DNA of 64,000 nt from an uncultured delta proteobacterium (GCA_963727445.1 CAVSGI010000017.1:158372-222371), one strand, 5' to 3'. Numbered from the stretch's first letter, positions 1-10,743 are shown. The notes: a model not told the origin generated them from the sequence alone. A program made the numbers and translations.

Positions 1-1613
1 CGTCGCGCTTGCGCCGCCTGAATCTCGACGCGGGCAAGCGGGCGCTCGCCTCCGCCGCGTTCGAGCCGGCGTTTCGCTATTACCAGGAGGCGCACGCTCG
101 CCTGCCGCAGAGCGCCTGGGACGATGGCTACGCCGAGACGCTGGACATCCACGTCGAAGGGGCGCGGGCCGCCTACCTGAGCGGCGAGTACGACGCGATG
201 GAAGAGCTGTTGGGCGTCGCCCTCGCGCGGGCGAAGAGCCCGGTGGAAAGGGCCCGGGTTCAACAGGTGCGCCTTTCGGCCCTGGTGAGCCAGGAGCGCT
301 TCGTCGAAGCCTTCGCCCTCGCCTCGCCGGTCCTCGCCGAGCTGGGGGTGACGCTCCCGGAGGCGCCCACCGGCGAGGACGTGAAAGCCGCGGTGGGCGC
401 ATCCCTGGGCGTGATCCAAGAGCATGGGGCCGAGGCGATCCTCTCCCTCGAGCGATGCGAGGACCCCGAGGTCGTCGCCGCCATGCACATCCAGTATCAG
501 GTGATGTCGAGCGCCTACCTCGTGCAGCCCAACCTGGTGCCGGTCCTGACCTCGAACATGGTCCGGGCGACCGTGGAGCACGGCCTGTGCAGAGAGTCGC
601 CCTACTGCTTCAGCGTGCTCGCCCTGGTCTTGAACGCCGCCAACCTCATCGAGGCCTGCGCCGGCGTCGGTGAGCTCGCCCTCGGCCTGCTCGACAAGGT
701 CGACGATCGCGCCATCCGGCCGAGCACGCTTCACGTGATCGCGTGCTACGTGCATGCGTGGACCCATCCCCTGCGCGAATCGATCGAGGCCGAACGGCGC
801 GTCTTTTCGGTGGGCATGGACGTCGGGGATCTCGAATACGCCGGATGGGGTCTGCACGTCGGGATGCTCAACAGCTTCGTCAGCGGCACCGAGCTGTCGA
901 GCCTCTTGGAGACGGGCGAAAAGGACATCGCCATCCTCCGTTATCACCAGCAGCTCCCTCCTCTCTCCTGCTCGGTGCCCATCGCTGGCGCGGCCGCGAC
1001 CCTCGTGGGGGCGCAGCCCGAGCCGCTTTACGACGAAGCTGCGCACCTGTCGGCGCTCGAGGAGGCCGGCTTCCGGGGCGGCGTATGCGTCACCGCGACG
1101 ATGGGGGCCTTCGTTCGTTTCGTGATGGGCGATCTCGAAGGCGCAGCCGAATGGGCCGACAAGAGCCTCGCCCACCTGGACGGCGCGGTCGCGACCTACA
1201 ACGGCGTGCTCGGCCACCAGACCCTCGCGCTTGGCAGGCTCGGGCAGGTTGCACCGGGCGATCCGGAGGTCGACGCCGTCGTGGCGTCGGTGGCTCCGCA
1301 CCTCGAGCAGCTCGGCATCTGGCGCACCGCCTCCGAGGCCAACCACGCCCATCGCGTGCTCCTGATCGAGGCCGAGGTCGCTCGCGTCCTGGGGCAGGAC
1401 GAAGAAGCGGCGCAGCTCTACGATCGCGCCATCCTGCAGGCAGGAGGCGAGGAGTTCACCCAGGACGTCGCCCTCGGCCACGAGCTCGCCATGCGCTTCC
1501 ATCGCGCGCGCGGCGACGACGGCGCGGCTGAAGCGCACCGGAAAGCGGCTCGAACGGCCTACGAAGCGTGGGGTGCGCGCGCGAAGTGCGCGCAGCTCGA
1601 CGCCGCCGGTTGA
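1..1613 (+). CDS. C-terminal helical/TPR-like part of an AAA-ATPase / Ser-Thr-kinase multi-sensor type protein (5'-partial)
   Basis: Open frame from the window edge. Segments LNLDAGKRALASAAF, GMDVGDLEYAG, LIEAEVARVLG, LYDRAI and YEAWGARAK match the helical C-terminal region of bacterial kinase/AAA multi-sensor proteins. Confidence 0.7.
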   Translation, partial: SRLRRLNLDAGKRALASAAFEPAFRYYQEAHARLPQSAWDDGYAETLDIHVEGARAAYLSGEYDAMEELLGVALARAKSPVERARVQQVRLSALVSQERFVEAFALASPVLAELGVTLPEAPTGEDVKAAVGASLGVIQEHGAEAILSLERCEDPEVVAAMHIQYQVMSSAYLVQPNLVPVLTSNMVRATVEHGLCRESPYCFSVLALVLNAANLIEACAGVGELALGLLDKVDDRAIRPSTLHVIACYVHAWTHPLRESIEAERRVFSVGMDVGDLEYAGWGLHVGMLNSFVSGTELSSLLETGEKDIAILRYHQQLPPLSCSVPIAGAAATLVGAQPEPLYDEAAHLSALEEAGFRGGVCVTATMGAFVRFVMGDLEGAAEWADKSLAHLDGAVATYNGVLGHQTLALGRLGQVAPGDPEVDAVVASVAPHLEQLGIWRTASEANHAHRVLLIEAEVARVLGQDEEAAQLYDRAILQAGGEEFTQDVALGHELAMRFHRARGDDGAAEAHRKAARTAYEAWGARAKCAQLDAAG

Positions 1614-1625
1614 CCAGCAGCCTCG

Positions 1626-3020
1626 TCAGCGGAGCAGCTCGCCCTGCCCCACACGCTTGATGAACTGGCCGCCGCCCTTGGTCTCGAGCTTGGTGTCGCG
1701 GACCACGACTCGACCACGGCTCAGGACCGTCTCGGTGAAGCCCGTGACCTCGAAGCCTTCGTAGGCCGAATAGTCGACGTTCATGTGGTGGGTGATGGGG
1801 TTGTCGATGCTGATCGTCTCCTTGCGCTCGGGATCGAAGATCACGATGTCCGCGTCGGAGCCGACGGCGATGGTGCCCTTCTTGGGGAAGAGGCCGAAAG
1901 CCTTGGCGGCGGCCGTCGAGGTGAGCTCGACGAAACGGTTGAGGCTGATCCGCCCGGGCACCACGCCGCCGTTGAAGACCAGGCTCATGCGGTTTTCCAC
2001 GCCGGGAGCGCCGTTCGGGATCTTGGTGAAGGTGTCCTTCCCCAGCTCCTTCTGGTCCTTCATGCAGAAGGGGCAGTGGTCCGTGGCGATGGTCTCGAGG
2101 TCGCGGAACATCAGTCCCTGCCAGAGCTCGTCCTGGTTCCACTTCTCGCGCAGCGCCGGGGTCATGACCCACTTGGCGCCTTCGAAGCCGTCCTTGTCGT
2201 AGATGGTCTCGTCGAGGAAGAGGTACTGGGGGCAGGTCTCGGCGATCACGTCGACGCCGCGCGCGCGCCCGCGCTTCACCTCTTCGAGGGCGTCGGAGCA
2301 GGACAGATGCACGATGTAGAGGGGCACCTCGGCCACCTCGGCGATGGCGATGGCGCGGTGAACGCCTTCGGCCTCCATGCGCGTCGGCCGGGTGTGGGCG
2401 TGCCAGCGGGGAGCGGTCTTGCCGTCCTGCACCGCCTGCTTGACGATCTCGTCGATGACGATGCCGTTCTCGGCGTGCATGCAGATGCGGGTGCCGTCCT
2501 CGCCCGCCTTGCGGAAGGCGCGGTAGAGAGTGCCGTCGTCGACGTAGAGCACACCCGGGTACGCCATGAAGAGCTTGTAGGAGCTCACGCCCTCGTCGCG
2601 GAGCTTGGTCATCTCCGGCAGCCGCTCGTCGGGCATGTCGGTGATGATCATGTGGAAGCCGTAGTCGATGGTGGCCTTGCCCTCGGCCTTGGCGTGCCAG
2701 GTGTCGAGGCCCTTGATGGTGGATTCGCCCTTGGACTGGATCGCGAAGTCGATCAGCGTCGTCGTCCCGCCGTGGGCCGCCGCGATGGTGCCCGTCTCGA
2801 AGTCGTCGGCGCTGTTGGTGCCGCCGAAAGGCATGTCCATGTGCGTGTGGGGATCGATCCCGCCGGGGATGACCAGCTTGCCCTTCGCGTCGATCGTCTC
2901 GTCCGCCTGAACGTTCAGGTTCTTTCCGATCTGGGCGATCTTTTCGCCGTCGATGAAGACGTCGGCGTAATAGTCGTCGGTCGCCGTGATGACGCGGCCG
3001 TTGGTGATCAGAATGCTCAT
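1626..3020 (-). CDS. hydA: dihydropyrimidinase (D-hydantoinase)
   Basis: Amidohydrolase motifs GGIDPHTHMD, SYKLFMAY (carbamylated Lys), MHAEN, YIVHLS, IATDHCPF and IPNGAPG. GGAGGAG RBS lies before the ATG at 3020. Confidence 0.93.
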   Translation of the reverse strand: MSILITNGRVITATDDYYADVFIDGEKIAQIGKNLNVQADETIDAKGKLVIPGGIDPHTHMDMPFGGTNSADDFETGTIAAAHGGTTTLIDFAIQSKGESTIKGLDTWHAKAEGKATIDYGFHMIITDMPDERLPEMTKLRDEGVSSYKLFMAYPGVLYVDDGTLYRAFRKAGEDGTRICMHAENGIVIDEIVKQAVQDGKTAPRWHAHTRPTRMEAEGVHRAIAIAEVAEVPLYIVHLSCSDALEEVKRGRARGVDVIAETCPQYLFLDETIYDKDGFEGAKWVMTPALREKWNQDELWQGLMFRDLETIATDHCPFCMKDQKELGKDTFTKIPNGAPGVENRMSLVFNGGVVPGRISLNRFVELTSTAAAKAFGLFPKKGTIAVGSDADIVIFDPERKETISIDNPITHHMNVDYSAYEGFEVTGFTETVLSRGRVVVRDTKLETKGGGQFIKRVGQGELLR

Positions 3021-3133
3021 CGCTCGCTCCTCCAGCCTCAGAAGAGCGAGGACTTTGCCGCGAAGATTCCTCGTCGTCCAGCGCCCCCCCCAAAGCCCCG
3101 ACCCGAGGGGGCTGTCGGATGTATCATGGGGCG

Positions 3134-5182
3134 ATGGGCCTCGGTCGCGCGCTGCTCGCCACGCTGCTGCTCCTCGCCGCGTGCGGCGGTGACGATGTCC
3201 CGGCAGACGCGAGCGTCGATGCCGCCGACAGCGCACCGGATGCCGCGATCACCGGCGCCGCGCCACCGGACATCCCCTGGTGGAACGCTCTGACTGACGC
3301 GGTCGATTCTCCGTTTCGCCAGATGAGCTGCCGCGAGGGTTATCGCACCGTCGTCGACGATGGCATCACGCTCTGCGAGCCGTGGCCCGAGACGGGACGC
3401 GCGACTTGCGGGTTCGGCGACAATCACTTCCCCGGAACGGTGGCCTGCGCCGCCGTGGGGGCGCCTTGTCCCAGTGGCGAGATGCCGGAGGACCTGCCCC
3501 TGGACGCGACCATCCGCTACGTCGACGACGACGCTGCTGCAGGAGGTGATGGCAGCCTCGCGACCCCGTTTCAGCGGATCTCCGAGGCGTTGGTCGGAGC
3601 GGAGCCGGGCACGGTCGTGGCGGTCGCCAAAGGTACTTATGACGAAGCCCTGACCATCCCCGGCGGCATCACCGTACAGGGCGCCTGCGCCGCCGAGTCG
3701 ATCATCGCGCCCAGCTTCGGCGACGCCTCCGCCGCCGTGGAGATGCTCGAGACGAGCCGTCTGACGAACATCGGCATCCACCCACGTGGCTGGGGCATCC
3801 ATGCAAACGGAGAGAGCGTCACCATCGAGGGCGTGCACGTGGAGGGAGGAGCCCGTTACGGCATCCTGCACACCGCGGGACGCATGCAGCTCGATCGCGT
3901 GGTCGTTCAGAACGTGGCGCGGAGCTCCGCCGGCGTAGGAACGGGCATCCTGAGCATGGGAGTTCAGGCCATCCTCTCGAGCGTGGTGGTCGATCACGCG
4001 GCCACTCGGGGCGTCGAGCTGAGCGGTGTGCAAGGGGTCATCGACGCGCTCACCATCGTCGACACCTCCACGCCCGAGAGCGGAGGGGAGGGGGTGGGCA
4101 TCGTGATCGGGCTGGGGTCGGTCACCATGGGCACCAACCTGCTGGTCGAGCGCTCGGTGGGGACCGGCCTTCAGATCGGCCACACCGGCACCATGGTGCA
4201 GCTGACCAACGCGATAGTTCGGGACACCACGCAGCTCTTCGGGGATCGGGAGGGGCAGGGGATCTTCGTCGACGACGAGGCCGTCGCCACGCTGTCCCGC
4301 GTGCGCTTGGAGCGCAATTTCGTTAGCGGCATCGACATCGGCCGCGGCGCGTCAGTGCAGGCGAGTGGCTTCCTCGTTCAGGACATCGTGGGCGGGAGCG
4401 CGCTGGGCGAAGGAGGACACGGCGTGGGTGTGGCAAATGATGCTTCCGCTTCCTTGAGCGGAGGGGTGATTCGGGACGTCCAGGGTGGAGGCGTCGTCGC
4501 CAACGGCGACGGCACCGAACTGACTCTTCGCGGCGTGTGGATTCACGACATCAGTCCGGATCCCGCTGGCGCCTTCGGGCGGGGCGTGGGCGTCCAACTC
4601 GGGGCCACCGCCACCATCGAGACGACGCTCATCCAGAGCACGTACGAGATCGGTATCTTCGTGGGCGGCGCCGACACGAGCGCCACCCTGCGGGACGTCG
4701 TCGTCCAGGACACGCAGAGCCAGATGGCCGAGGGCTTCGGCGGCCGGGGGCTGAGCGTGGAGAACGCCGCCTCCGTCACCGCGGAGCGCCTGCAGATCGA
4801 CCGGAGTCACGAGCTCGCGCTCATCGTGATGGACGGGGAGTCGGCGATGAGCGGCACCGACGTCGCGGTATCGGGGGTCGCGCCCCGCGCGTGCGCGTCC
4901 ACCACCTGTCCAGACGAGCCCTTCGGCATCGGCCTCGGCAGCTACTATGGAGCGCGCCTCGACCTCACGAGCTTCGAGGTGGCGGACTCGGAGCTCTGCG
5001 GCCTGCAGCTGGCCGAAGGCGCGAGCATCGATCTCACCCGCGGCCTGGTGACCGGCGCCACCATCGGCGCGTGCGTGCAAGTCGACGGCTACGACCTCGA
5101 CCGGCTCAGCAACGACGTCGAGTACCGCGAAAATGGCAGCCCGCTCGAGAGCACCATGCTGCCGATCCCCGACCCGAACTGA
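3134..5182 (+). CDS. lipoprotein with DUF1565-like region and right-handed parallel beta-helix repeats
   Basis: Lipobox LAAC, motif GGDGSLATPFQRI..A...AEPGTVVAVAKGTY, and many G-x-G-hydrophobic beta-helix turns. Confidence 0.75.
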   Translation: MGLGRALLATLLLLAACGGDDVPADASVDAADSAPDAAITGAAPPDIPWWNALTDAVDSPFRQMSCREGYRTVVDDGITLCEPWPETGRATCGFGDNHFPGTVACAAVGAPCPSGEMPEDLPLDATIRYVDDDAAAGGDGSLATPFQRISEALVGAEPGTVVAVAKGTYDEALTIPGGITVQGACAAESIIAPSFGDASAAVEMLETSRLTNIGIHPRGWGIHANGESVTIEGVHVEGGARYGILHTAGRMQLDRVVVQNVARSSAGVGTGILSMGVQAILSSVVVDHAATRGVELSGVQGVIDALTIVDTSTPESGGEGVGIVIGLGSVTMGTNLLVERSVGTGLQIGHTGTMVQLTNAIVRDTTQLFGDREGQGIFVDDEAVATLSRVRLERNFVSGIDIGRGASVQASGFLVQDIVGGSALGEGGHGVGVANDASASLSGGVIRDVQGGGVVANGDGTELTLRGVWIHDISPDPAGAFGRGVGVQLGATATIETTLIQSTYEIGIFVGGADTSATLRDVVVQDTQSQMAEGFGGRGLSVENAASVTAERLQIDRSHELALIVMDGESAMSGTDVAVSGVAPRACASTTCPDEPFGIGLGSYYGARLDLTSFEVADSELCGLQLAEGASIDLTRGLVTGATIGACVQVDGYDLDRLSNDVEYRENGSPLESTMLPIPDPN

Positions 5183-5196
5183 CTGACTCCCGCCGA

Positions 5197-6315
5197 TCAG
5201 ATGAGCGGGCCCGGACAGCCGAAGTCGACGTCGATGCTCGCGACGCTGCCCGACTGCACTTCGGTGCACTCCGCGCCGTAGAAGGTGATGGTGTTGGTGG
5301 TGGGGTCGTAGTCCCAGCCGCTGGCGTGGCTCGTGTCGCGGGGGATGAGCGCGCCCCCATCGAAGCTCACCTGGAAGAGCGCGGGATCGCGCGTCGGACC
5401 GTCGAGCTCGACGGTGCAGCTGGGTGGGATGATCCCCGCGGCGATGGTGTCGAGGGCGGTCGCCAGCGCGTCGGCGGAGGTCGCCGAGTAGGGCGTGCCC
5501 GTCCCGCCCGCAGTCGCCATGCGGTTCAGCGCGGTGGGGTCACCGGTGATGTCGCTGCCGAAGCCGAGGACGTAGGTGTTCACGCCGGCGCTGGCGAGGT
5601 TGGTGATGGCGGTGACCGTCTCGTCCACCGTCTCCGCGGTGCTTCCGTCGGGCTGCTCGGGGCCGCAGTTCGGCAGGCCGTCGGTGGCGAGGAGCGCGAA
5701 CTGGCCGACGGGATTGACCGGGATGGTGCCGTAGTAGGCGCGGGCCTCGTCGATCGACGAGAAGGTGGGCGTCGCGCCGGTGTTCGAGGTGGCGCAGCCG
5801 AAGAAGCTGACGTTGAGGCCCGCGAGCGTGCTCTGGATCGCGCTGGCATTGCGCATCATGATCGGGTTGCGCACCGTGCCGGCGCCGCAGGCCCCGTCTC
5901 CCGGAAAGAGCATGAGACCGAAGTTGATGCGGCCGTCGTAGGCAGTCACCAGGTCGTCGAGCGCGTCCTTCATGATCGAGAGCTTGGTGGTCATCGACCC
6001 GAACGAGCTCAGGAGCGGCGTGCACATCGAACCCGAGATGTCGACCACCAGGAGCATGTCGGGCGGGTCGCCGACGATGGTGGTCGCCACCGGCGTCGTC
6101 GACTCACAACCCGCGTCGACCCACATGCCCGTGTCCACGCGCATGCTGCTGTCGCGCCCGGTCACGGTCGAGTCGACGCCGCCGTCGGAGCCGCCGCCCC
6201 CGCTGTCGCTCCCAGTGCCGCCGCCGTCCCGGCCCGTGCCTCCCCCGCCGCGCGCGCTGCAACCGAAGGCGAAGAGAAGGGTCGTGAAGATGAGGCCGAA
6301 AGAGAAGGTACGCAT
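5197..6315 (-). CDS. vWA-domain lipoprotein (CglB-like adventurous gliding family)
   Basis: Lipobox FAFGC, MIDAS DISGSM, TGATPT, LATDGLPNC, TYVLGFG, and a Cys-containing C-terminal domain (WDYD...ITFYG..C). Confidence 0.8.
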   Translation of the reverse strand: MRTFSFGLIFTTLLFAFGCSARGGGGTGRDGGGTGSDSGGGGSDGGVDSTVTGRDSSMRVDTGMWVDAGCESTTPVATTIVGDPPDMLLVVDISGSMCTPLLSSFGSMTTKLSIMKDALDDLVTAYDGRINFGLMLFPGDGACGAGTVRNPIMMRNASAIQSTLAGLNVSFFGCATSNTGATPTFSSIDEARAYYGTIPVNPVGQFALLATDGLPNCGPEQPDGSTAETVDETVTAITNLASAGVNTYVLGFGSDITGDPTALNRMATAGGTGTPYSATSADALATALDTIAAGIIPPSCTVELDGPTRDPALFQVSFDGGALIPRDTSHASGWDYDPTTNTITFYGAECTEVQSGSVASIDVDFGCPGPLI

Positions 6316-6362
6316 CGGATCGGCAGGATACACCGGGAACGGTCTCCACGAGACCAGCCCCG

Positions 6363-8678
6363 TCATTCGAAGGGAAGTGTGAAGCCGATGCCGGGGCGAA
6401 GTACCCAGAGATCGGGCTCGTCAGGGCGGACCGCCGGCTGCACCTCCAGAATTAAGAGGATCCGCAAGACCTGAAAGAAGGACAGCGCGAGGTAGCCCTG
6501 CACCAGAGGGCGGGAGCACGGCACTGTCTCCTCTCCGGCCACGCCGCAGTTTCCCGCGAGCCATCCGTCGCCGGTCGAGAAGACGAAGCCGCCTCGCGCG
6601 CCGACGCGCGGCTGGATGATCCCGCCGCTCAGCGGAAGGATCTCCGCCTCGAGACCGACCAGGGGAGCGAGGCCGAACCAGCTCGGGTCGGAGGACACGA
6701 GGGTGGTGAGCCCCCGAAGCTCGAGCGCAACTGTGAGGCGAAGCCACTCCCACGCGGTGCCGGGCCGGGTGCCGCTCCAGCCGATGTCGAGCCCGATGCC
6801 GGCCGTGACCTGAAAGAGGTTGGTGGGCGCGCGGTACTCGAGGGTGTTCACCGCGACCTCCGACGCGAGCTCGATGGGAAGGCTGAGCTCGTTCTGCGCG
6901 CGCGACAGGCTCCGGCTCATCTCGGCGAGGAGCAGCCGCACCTCCTCCGCGCCCTCCTCGGAGCGACTGGGGTCGAGGCCCAGGTCGCGAAAAGCGAACC
7001 CGTGCGCGCCGAGGCGTCGGAGCAGCCAGGCGTAGTCCGCCTCGTCCTCACGGCTCCGCCAGCCCCCGCGGGGGCGAACGAAGGGCACCCGAGGGACCGC
7101 GCGGCCCGCGCGCGCGTCGACGCACGCCGGGCTCGGCCGCTCGCTTCGCAGACAGTCGTCCCAGAGGCGCTCGAGAGAGACGCGCAACAGGATCCGAAAG
7201 TCGCGAAGGTCCTCGCCGGCGCAGCTGTTCCGACTGCCGAACCCATCGAAGACGTAGCGCAGGCAGTCGAAGGGTCGCCAGCCGAGGCGGGCCGCGTGCG
7301 GCCGGGTTCGCTCGTCCGGCAGGTCCCACCTTCGTGATGCGCCGGGCCCAGCGGGCAGGCGCTCGATCAACGTGCGGCGCGCGTCGTACATGCCGAGGTG
7401 GAAGTCGAAGCGCCGGAGCTCGCGATCGAAGAAGCCCATGAACGCGCCGAGGCTCGCGCTCGCGAGCGGATGGTTCACGCGGTTGGTGAAGAGCATCTTG
7501 CGCGCTTCGGGCACCGACTCGAGGAGCGCATGGAGCTCGGCGGTGCGCGCCGTGCGGATGAAGTCCCCCGCCATGGTCAGGACGTAGGGCACGAGATCGG
7601 GATCGGTGCTGTCGCCCTCGTCGTCGTCCTCGTCGTCCGGGAGCGGAAACGCGTAGAGCTCCGGATCGACGAAGAGAAAGGTCGTGTCCTGTGGCAGGAG
7701 GCGGCTGTCGTCGGGCCGCGGCAGGATCGCCGGCGGGCCCTCGGAGGTGACGCCCATCTGGACCGCGTCCACCGCGAGCCTCAGCGGTTGGTTCGAGTAG
7801 AAGCCGCCGTCGAGGAAGAGGTCGGTCTCGGCACGGTCGGGCGTGCATGGCCCCTCGCTACCCAGGCAATGCGCGATCGGCTGCGGCTCGAAGGCGATCG
7901 GAAAGCAGCTCGAAGCGAGGATCGCCTGGAGGATCGCGTCGAAGGGCCGCGCGTCGGGGCCATCGAGGGGCAAGAGCGGCCGCTGCGTCCGGCGATGGGG
8001 CGAGACATAATTGTCGACGCGCGGTGGCCGCCCAGGGCCGCGACCGCGGATGCGCACGAGGAAGCGCTCCGCCATACGCGGCAGGCTCAGGACGCCGCCC
8101 CCCACCTCCACCTCGCGGGGGCGCATGCGGGTGGCGGTGATGCCGAGGAGCAGATCGCAGTCCTCGCGAAGCCCCGCGTTCCACGCGCGGCGCAGCTGCT
8201 CCACGGGACCGAAGCCGCGCCGCGTGAAGATCGCGTTCGGCTTCACCTGGTCGGGGTCGAAGAGCTCTTCGATGCCGATCGCCGACCAGGTCCGGAAGAA
8301 ATGAGAGCTCTCCGGATCGCGCGGGGCCTCGGTGCACAGGCTCAGCACCGACAGAAACGCGTTGATGCTTCCCGCCGAGGTGCCCGCGAAGACCACCGGA
8401 TGCACGCGCTCCGGCGACGCGCGCATCGCCTCGACGCTGTAGTACATCGCGCCGGCCTCGTAGGCGCCCATGGACGCGCCGCCGCTGATGGTGGTGGCCA
8501 CGGGAACGGGTCGGGCGACGGGGTCGGGCTCGGTGGGCAGGGCGTCAGCCGGCGGCGCCAGCCAATCGGTCTCCCCACGATCCCGCGGCACCGCCGAGTC
8601 GAGCCGCGGCACGTCCTGCGCCGCCGCCGGAGCGGCGAGCGAGAAGACGATCGAGAGCGAGAGGACGAGGCGCCGCAT
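6363..8678 (-). CDS. secreted patatin-like phospholipase with beta-strand-rich C-terminal domain
   Basis: Signal peptide, Gly-rich ISGGASMG, nucleophile GTSAG and catalytic LDGG. Confidence 0.85.
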   Translation of the reverse strand: MRRLVLSLSIVFSLAAPAAAQDVPRLDSAVPRDRGETDWLAPPADALPTEPDPVARPVPVATTISGGASMGAYEAGAMYYSVEAMRASPERVHPVVFAGTSAGSINAFLSVLSLCTEAPRDPESSHFFRTWSAIGIEELFDPDQVKPNAIFTRRGFGPVEQLRRAWNAGLREDCDLLLGITATRMRPREVEVGGGVLSLPRMAERFLVRIRGRGPGRPPRVDNYVSPHRRTQRPLLPLDGPDARPFDAILQAILASSCFPIAFEPQPIAHCLGSEGPCTPDRAETDLFLDGGFYSNQPLRLAVDAVQMGVTSEGPPAILPRPDDSRLLPQDTTFLFVDPELYAFPLPDDEDDDEGDSTDPDLVPYVLTMAGDFIRTARTAELHALLESVPEARKMLFTNRVNHPLASASLGAFMGFFDRELRRFDFHLGMYDARRTLIERLPAGPGASRRWDLPDERTRPHAARLGWRPFDCLRYVFDGFGSRNSCAGEDLRDFRILLRVSLERLWDDCLRSERPSPACVDARAGRAVPRVPFVRPRGGWRSREDEADYAWLLRRLGAHGFAFRDLGLDPSRSEEGAEEVRLLLAEMSRSLSRAQNELSLPIELASEVAVNTLEYRAPTNLFQVTAGIGLDIGWSGTRPGTAWEWLRLTVALELRGLTTLVSSDPSWFGLAPLVGLEAEILPLSGGIIQPRVGARGGFVFSTGDGWLAGNCGVAGEETVPCSRPLVQGYLALSFFQVLRILLILEVQPAVRPDEPDLWVLRPGIGFTLPFE

Positions 8679-8729
8679 CGGGGCGCCGAGAATACGGCGC
8701 GCCCTCGAAATGAAAAGCCTCGCGCCTGC

Positions 8730-9888
8730 TCAGGTGGGCGTTTCGATCTCGCCGTTCGGGCGTCGCGCGAAGCGATCCTGCAGGCGCGGATGCACCGGAT
8801 CGTCGCGGGTCCAGGGCCAGCCCCCGAACTGGGTGCGCTGATAGTCGGCGTAGGCCTGACGGATCTCGGCCTCGGTGTTCATCACGAAGGGGCCGTGCCG
8901 CGCGATGGGCTCGCCGATCGGCTTGCCCTGCAGCATCAAGATCTCGTTCACGTCCGGTCCCGCGTCGAGGACCACGTCGCTGTCCGGCCGGAGCGCCACG
9001 TGGTGGTAGTCGGGGATCCGCCGACCGGCGACGCGCAGTCCGGTGCCACGGTGGAAGTAGAGCGAGCGATTCGTACCGCGCGGCGCCGCCGGCAACGTGA
9101 AGCGCGCACCCGGCTCGAGGGCCAGCGTCCAGATGGCGACGTGATGATCCCGTTCGGCCGCCCACGAGCGGGGCGCGGGATCGGCGGCCACGGTTTCGTC
9201 GTAGGTCCCGGCGATGATGGTGAGCTTGGTTCGGCGCCCCGCTTCGTCGCGCACCTCGCGGGTGGGGATCGTCGGCTTCCAGAGCATCGAGAAGTACGGC
9301 TCGACCATCTTGTTGGCGGACGGAAGGTTCAGCCATATCTGGAAGAGCTCGAGGGGGTTGTCGCTGCGCTGCTCGAGGAGCGGGAACATCTCGGCGTGCA
9401 TGATCCCCGCGCCCGCCGTGAGCCACTGCACGTCGCCCTCGCCGTAGCGCGCGGTGGCGCCGAGCGAGTCGGAGTGATCGAGCAGCCCAGTGCGCACCAC
9501 GGTCACCGTCTCGAAGCCGCGATGCGGGTGGCGGGGGAAGCCGGGGATGACGTCCCCGTGGTACATGTTCCAGCCGGCCGCGTTGCCGAAGTCACTCCCG
9601 ATGTTGTGACCGGCGAGGGACGCCGCGGGACCGAGCTGGGCGTTACCGTGGGGGTAGGCGTCGTCGTGATGCGCACAGAAGAGGAAGGGATCGGAGGTCT
9701 GCCAGAATCCGATCGAGGGGCTCGATGCGCGCGACCGCCTCGGCACCGGTGGAGTCGGGCGGCAGGGCCTCGGCGGAGGCGGGGGTTTCGTGCCGGCGCG
9801 GCGACTCGGCGCGGGTGCAACCGACGAGGGTCGCCGCCCCGGAGGCGGCGAGGAGCTCGAGCGCGCGGCGACGGGAGAGCGGCTCCAT
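8730..9888 (-). CDS. pirin-family protein with twin-arginine/lipoprotein leader; one apparent frameshift near 9710
   Basis: Pirin motifs DPFLFCAHH, FPRHPHRGFETVT, GAGIMHAE, FQIWLNLP and HGPFVMNT. The N-terminus MEPLSRRRALELLAASGAATLVGC is in the adjacent frame (ORF 9643..9900) and joins at ARIEPL/FWQTSDP. Confidence 0.82.
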
Positions 9889-9945
9889 GGCTGTGATCAT
9901 GGACCTACGCGTCGGGATTGCAAGGGCGTCGATGGGCCCGCCGAG

Positions 9946-10743
9946 ATGAACGGAGTACCATCACACTCGGTGCGCGCGGCCATCCTCGCCTTCGCCTGGG
10001 CCCTCGGCGGCTGCGGGCTCCTCCTCGATTCGGACCCACGTTCGCAGGCGAGCGACGGCGGCGTTCGCATCGACTCGGGCCGCACGGACGCCGGGCCGAT
10101 GGACGCCGGACCGATGGATGCCGGGCCGATGGACGCCGAAATCGTCGACGGAAGCCCCATCGACGCGACGGACGACCGGCGGCCGACCGACGCCGGGATG
10201 GACGGGGTGCGCGCCGACACCGGTGTCATGTTTCCGAGCGGCAGCCTGGTCCTCTTCGTCACCTCCGACCAAACCGATGGCGCGATGGGTGGGCTCCCCG
10301 GCGCCGACGACTTCTGCCGGAATGCGGCGCGAACCGCGGGACTCGGTCTCGACGCGCTGGTCGCCCTCCTCTCCGATTCCGGGACGGATGCCCGGGCGCG
10401 CATCGCCATCGACGCCCCCGTGGTCAACACCCGCGGCGAGCTCCTGGCGAACGACCTCGAAGACCTCTTCGACGGCACCATCCTGACCCCGGTTCGCTAC
10501 TCCGAGACGGGGGCCAGCAACTACGCGGTGACCTACACCGGAACCAACACCAACGGAGCGCGCGACATGCATTCCGGCCAGATGTTCTGCGGGGACTGGA
10601 CGGACACCACCGCGGGAAACGCGCAGATCGGACGGTCCGGAGAGATCGACGGTCAGTGGATCGCGGCCTACAGCGAGTCGGACGTGCTGGCCAACCCCTG
10701 CCGCAACCCACTCTCTCTCTACTGCATCGGCGTGGTCCCCTGA
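9946..10743 (+). CDS. lipoprotein with DUF1554/endostatin-like C-terminal domain
   Basis: Lipobox LGGC, DAGPM x3 linker, and motifs LFVTS...GGLPGADDFC, ALLSD, CGDWT and C....SLYC. Confidence 0.7.
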   Translation: MNGVPSHSVRAAILAFAWALGGCGLLLDSDPRSQASDGGVRIDSGRTDAGPMDAGPMDAGPMDAEIVDGSPIDATDDRRPTDAGMDGVRADTGVMFPSGSLVLFVTSDQTDGAMGGLPGADDFCRNAARTAGLGLDALVALLSDSGTDARARIAIDAPVVNTRGELLANDLEDLFDGTILTPVRYSETGASNYAVTYTGTNTNGARDMHSGQMFCGDWTDTTAGNAQIGRSGEIDGQWIAAYSESDVLANPCRNPLSLYCIGVVP

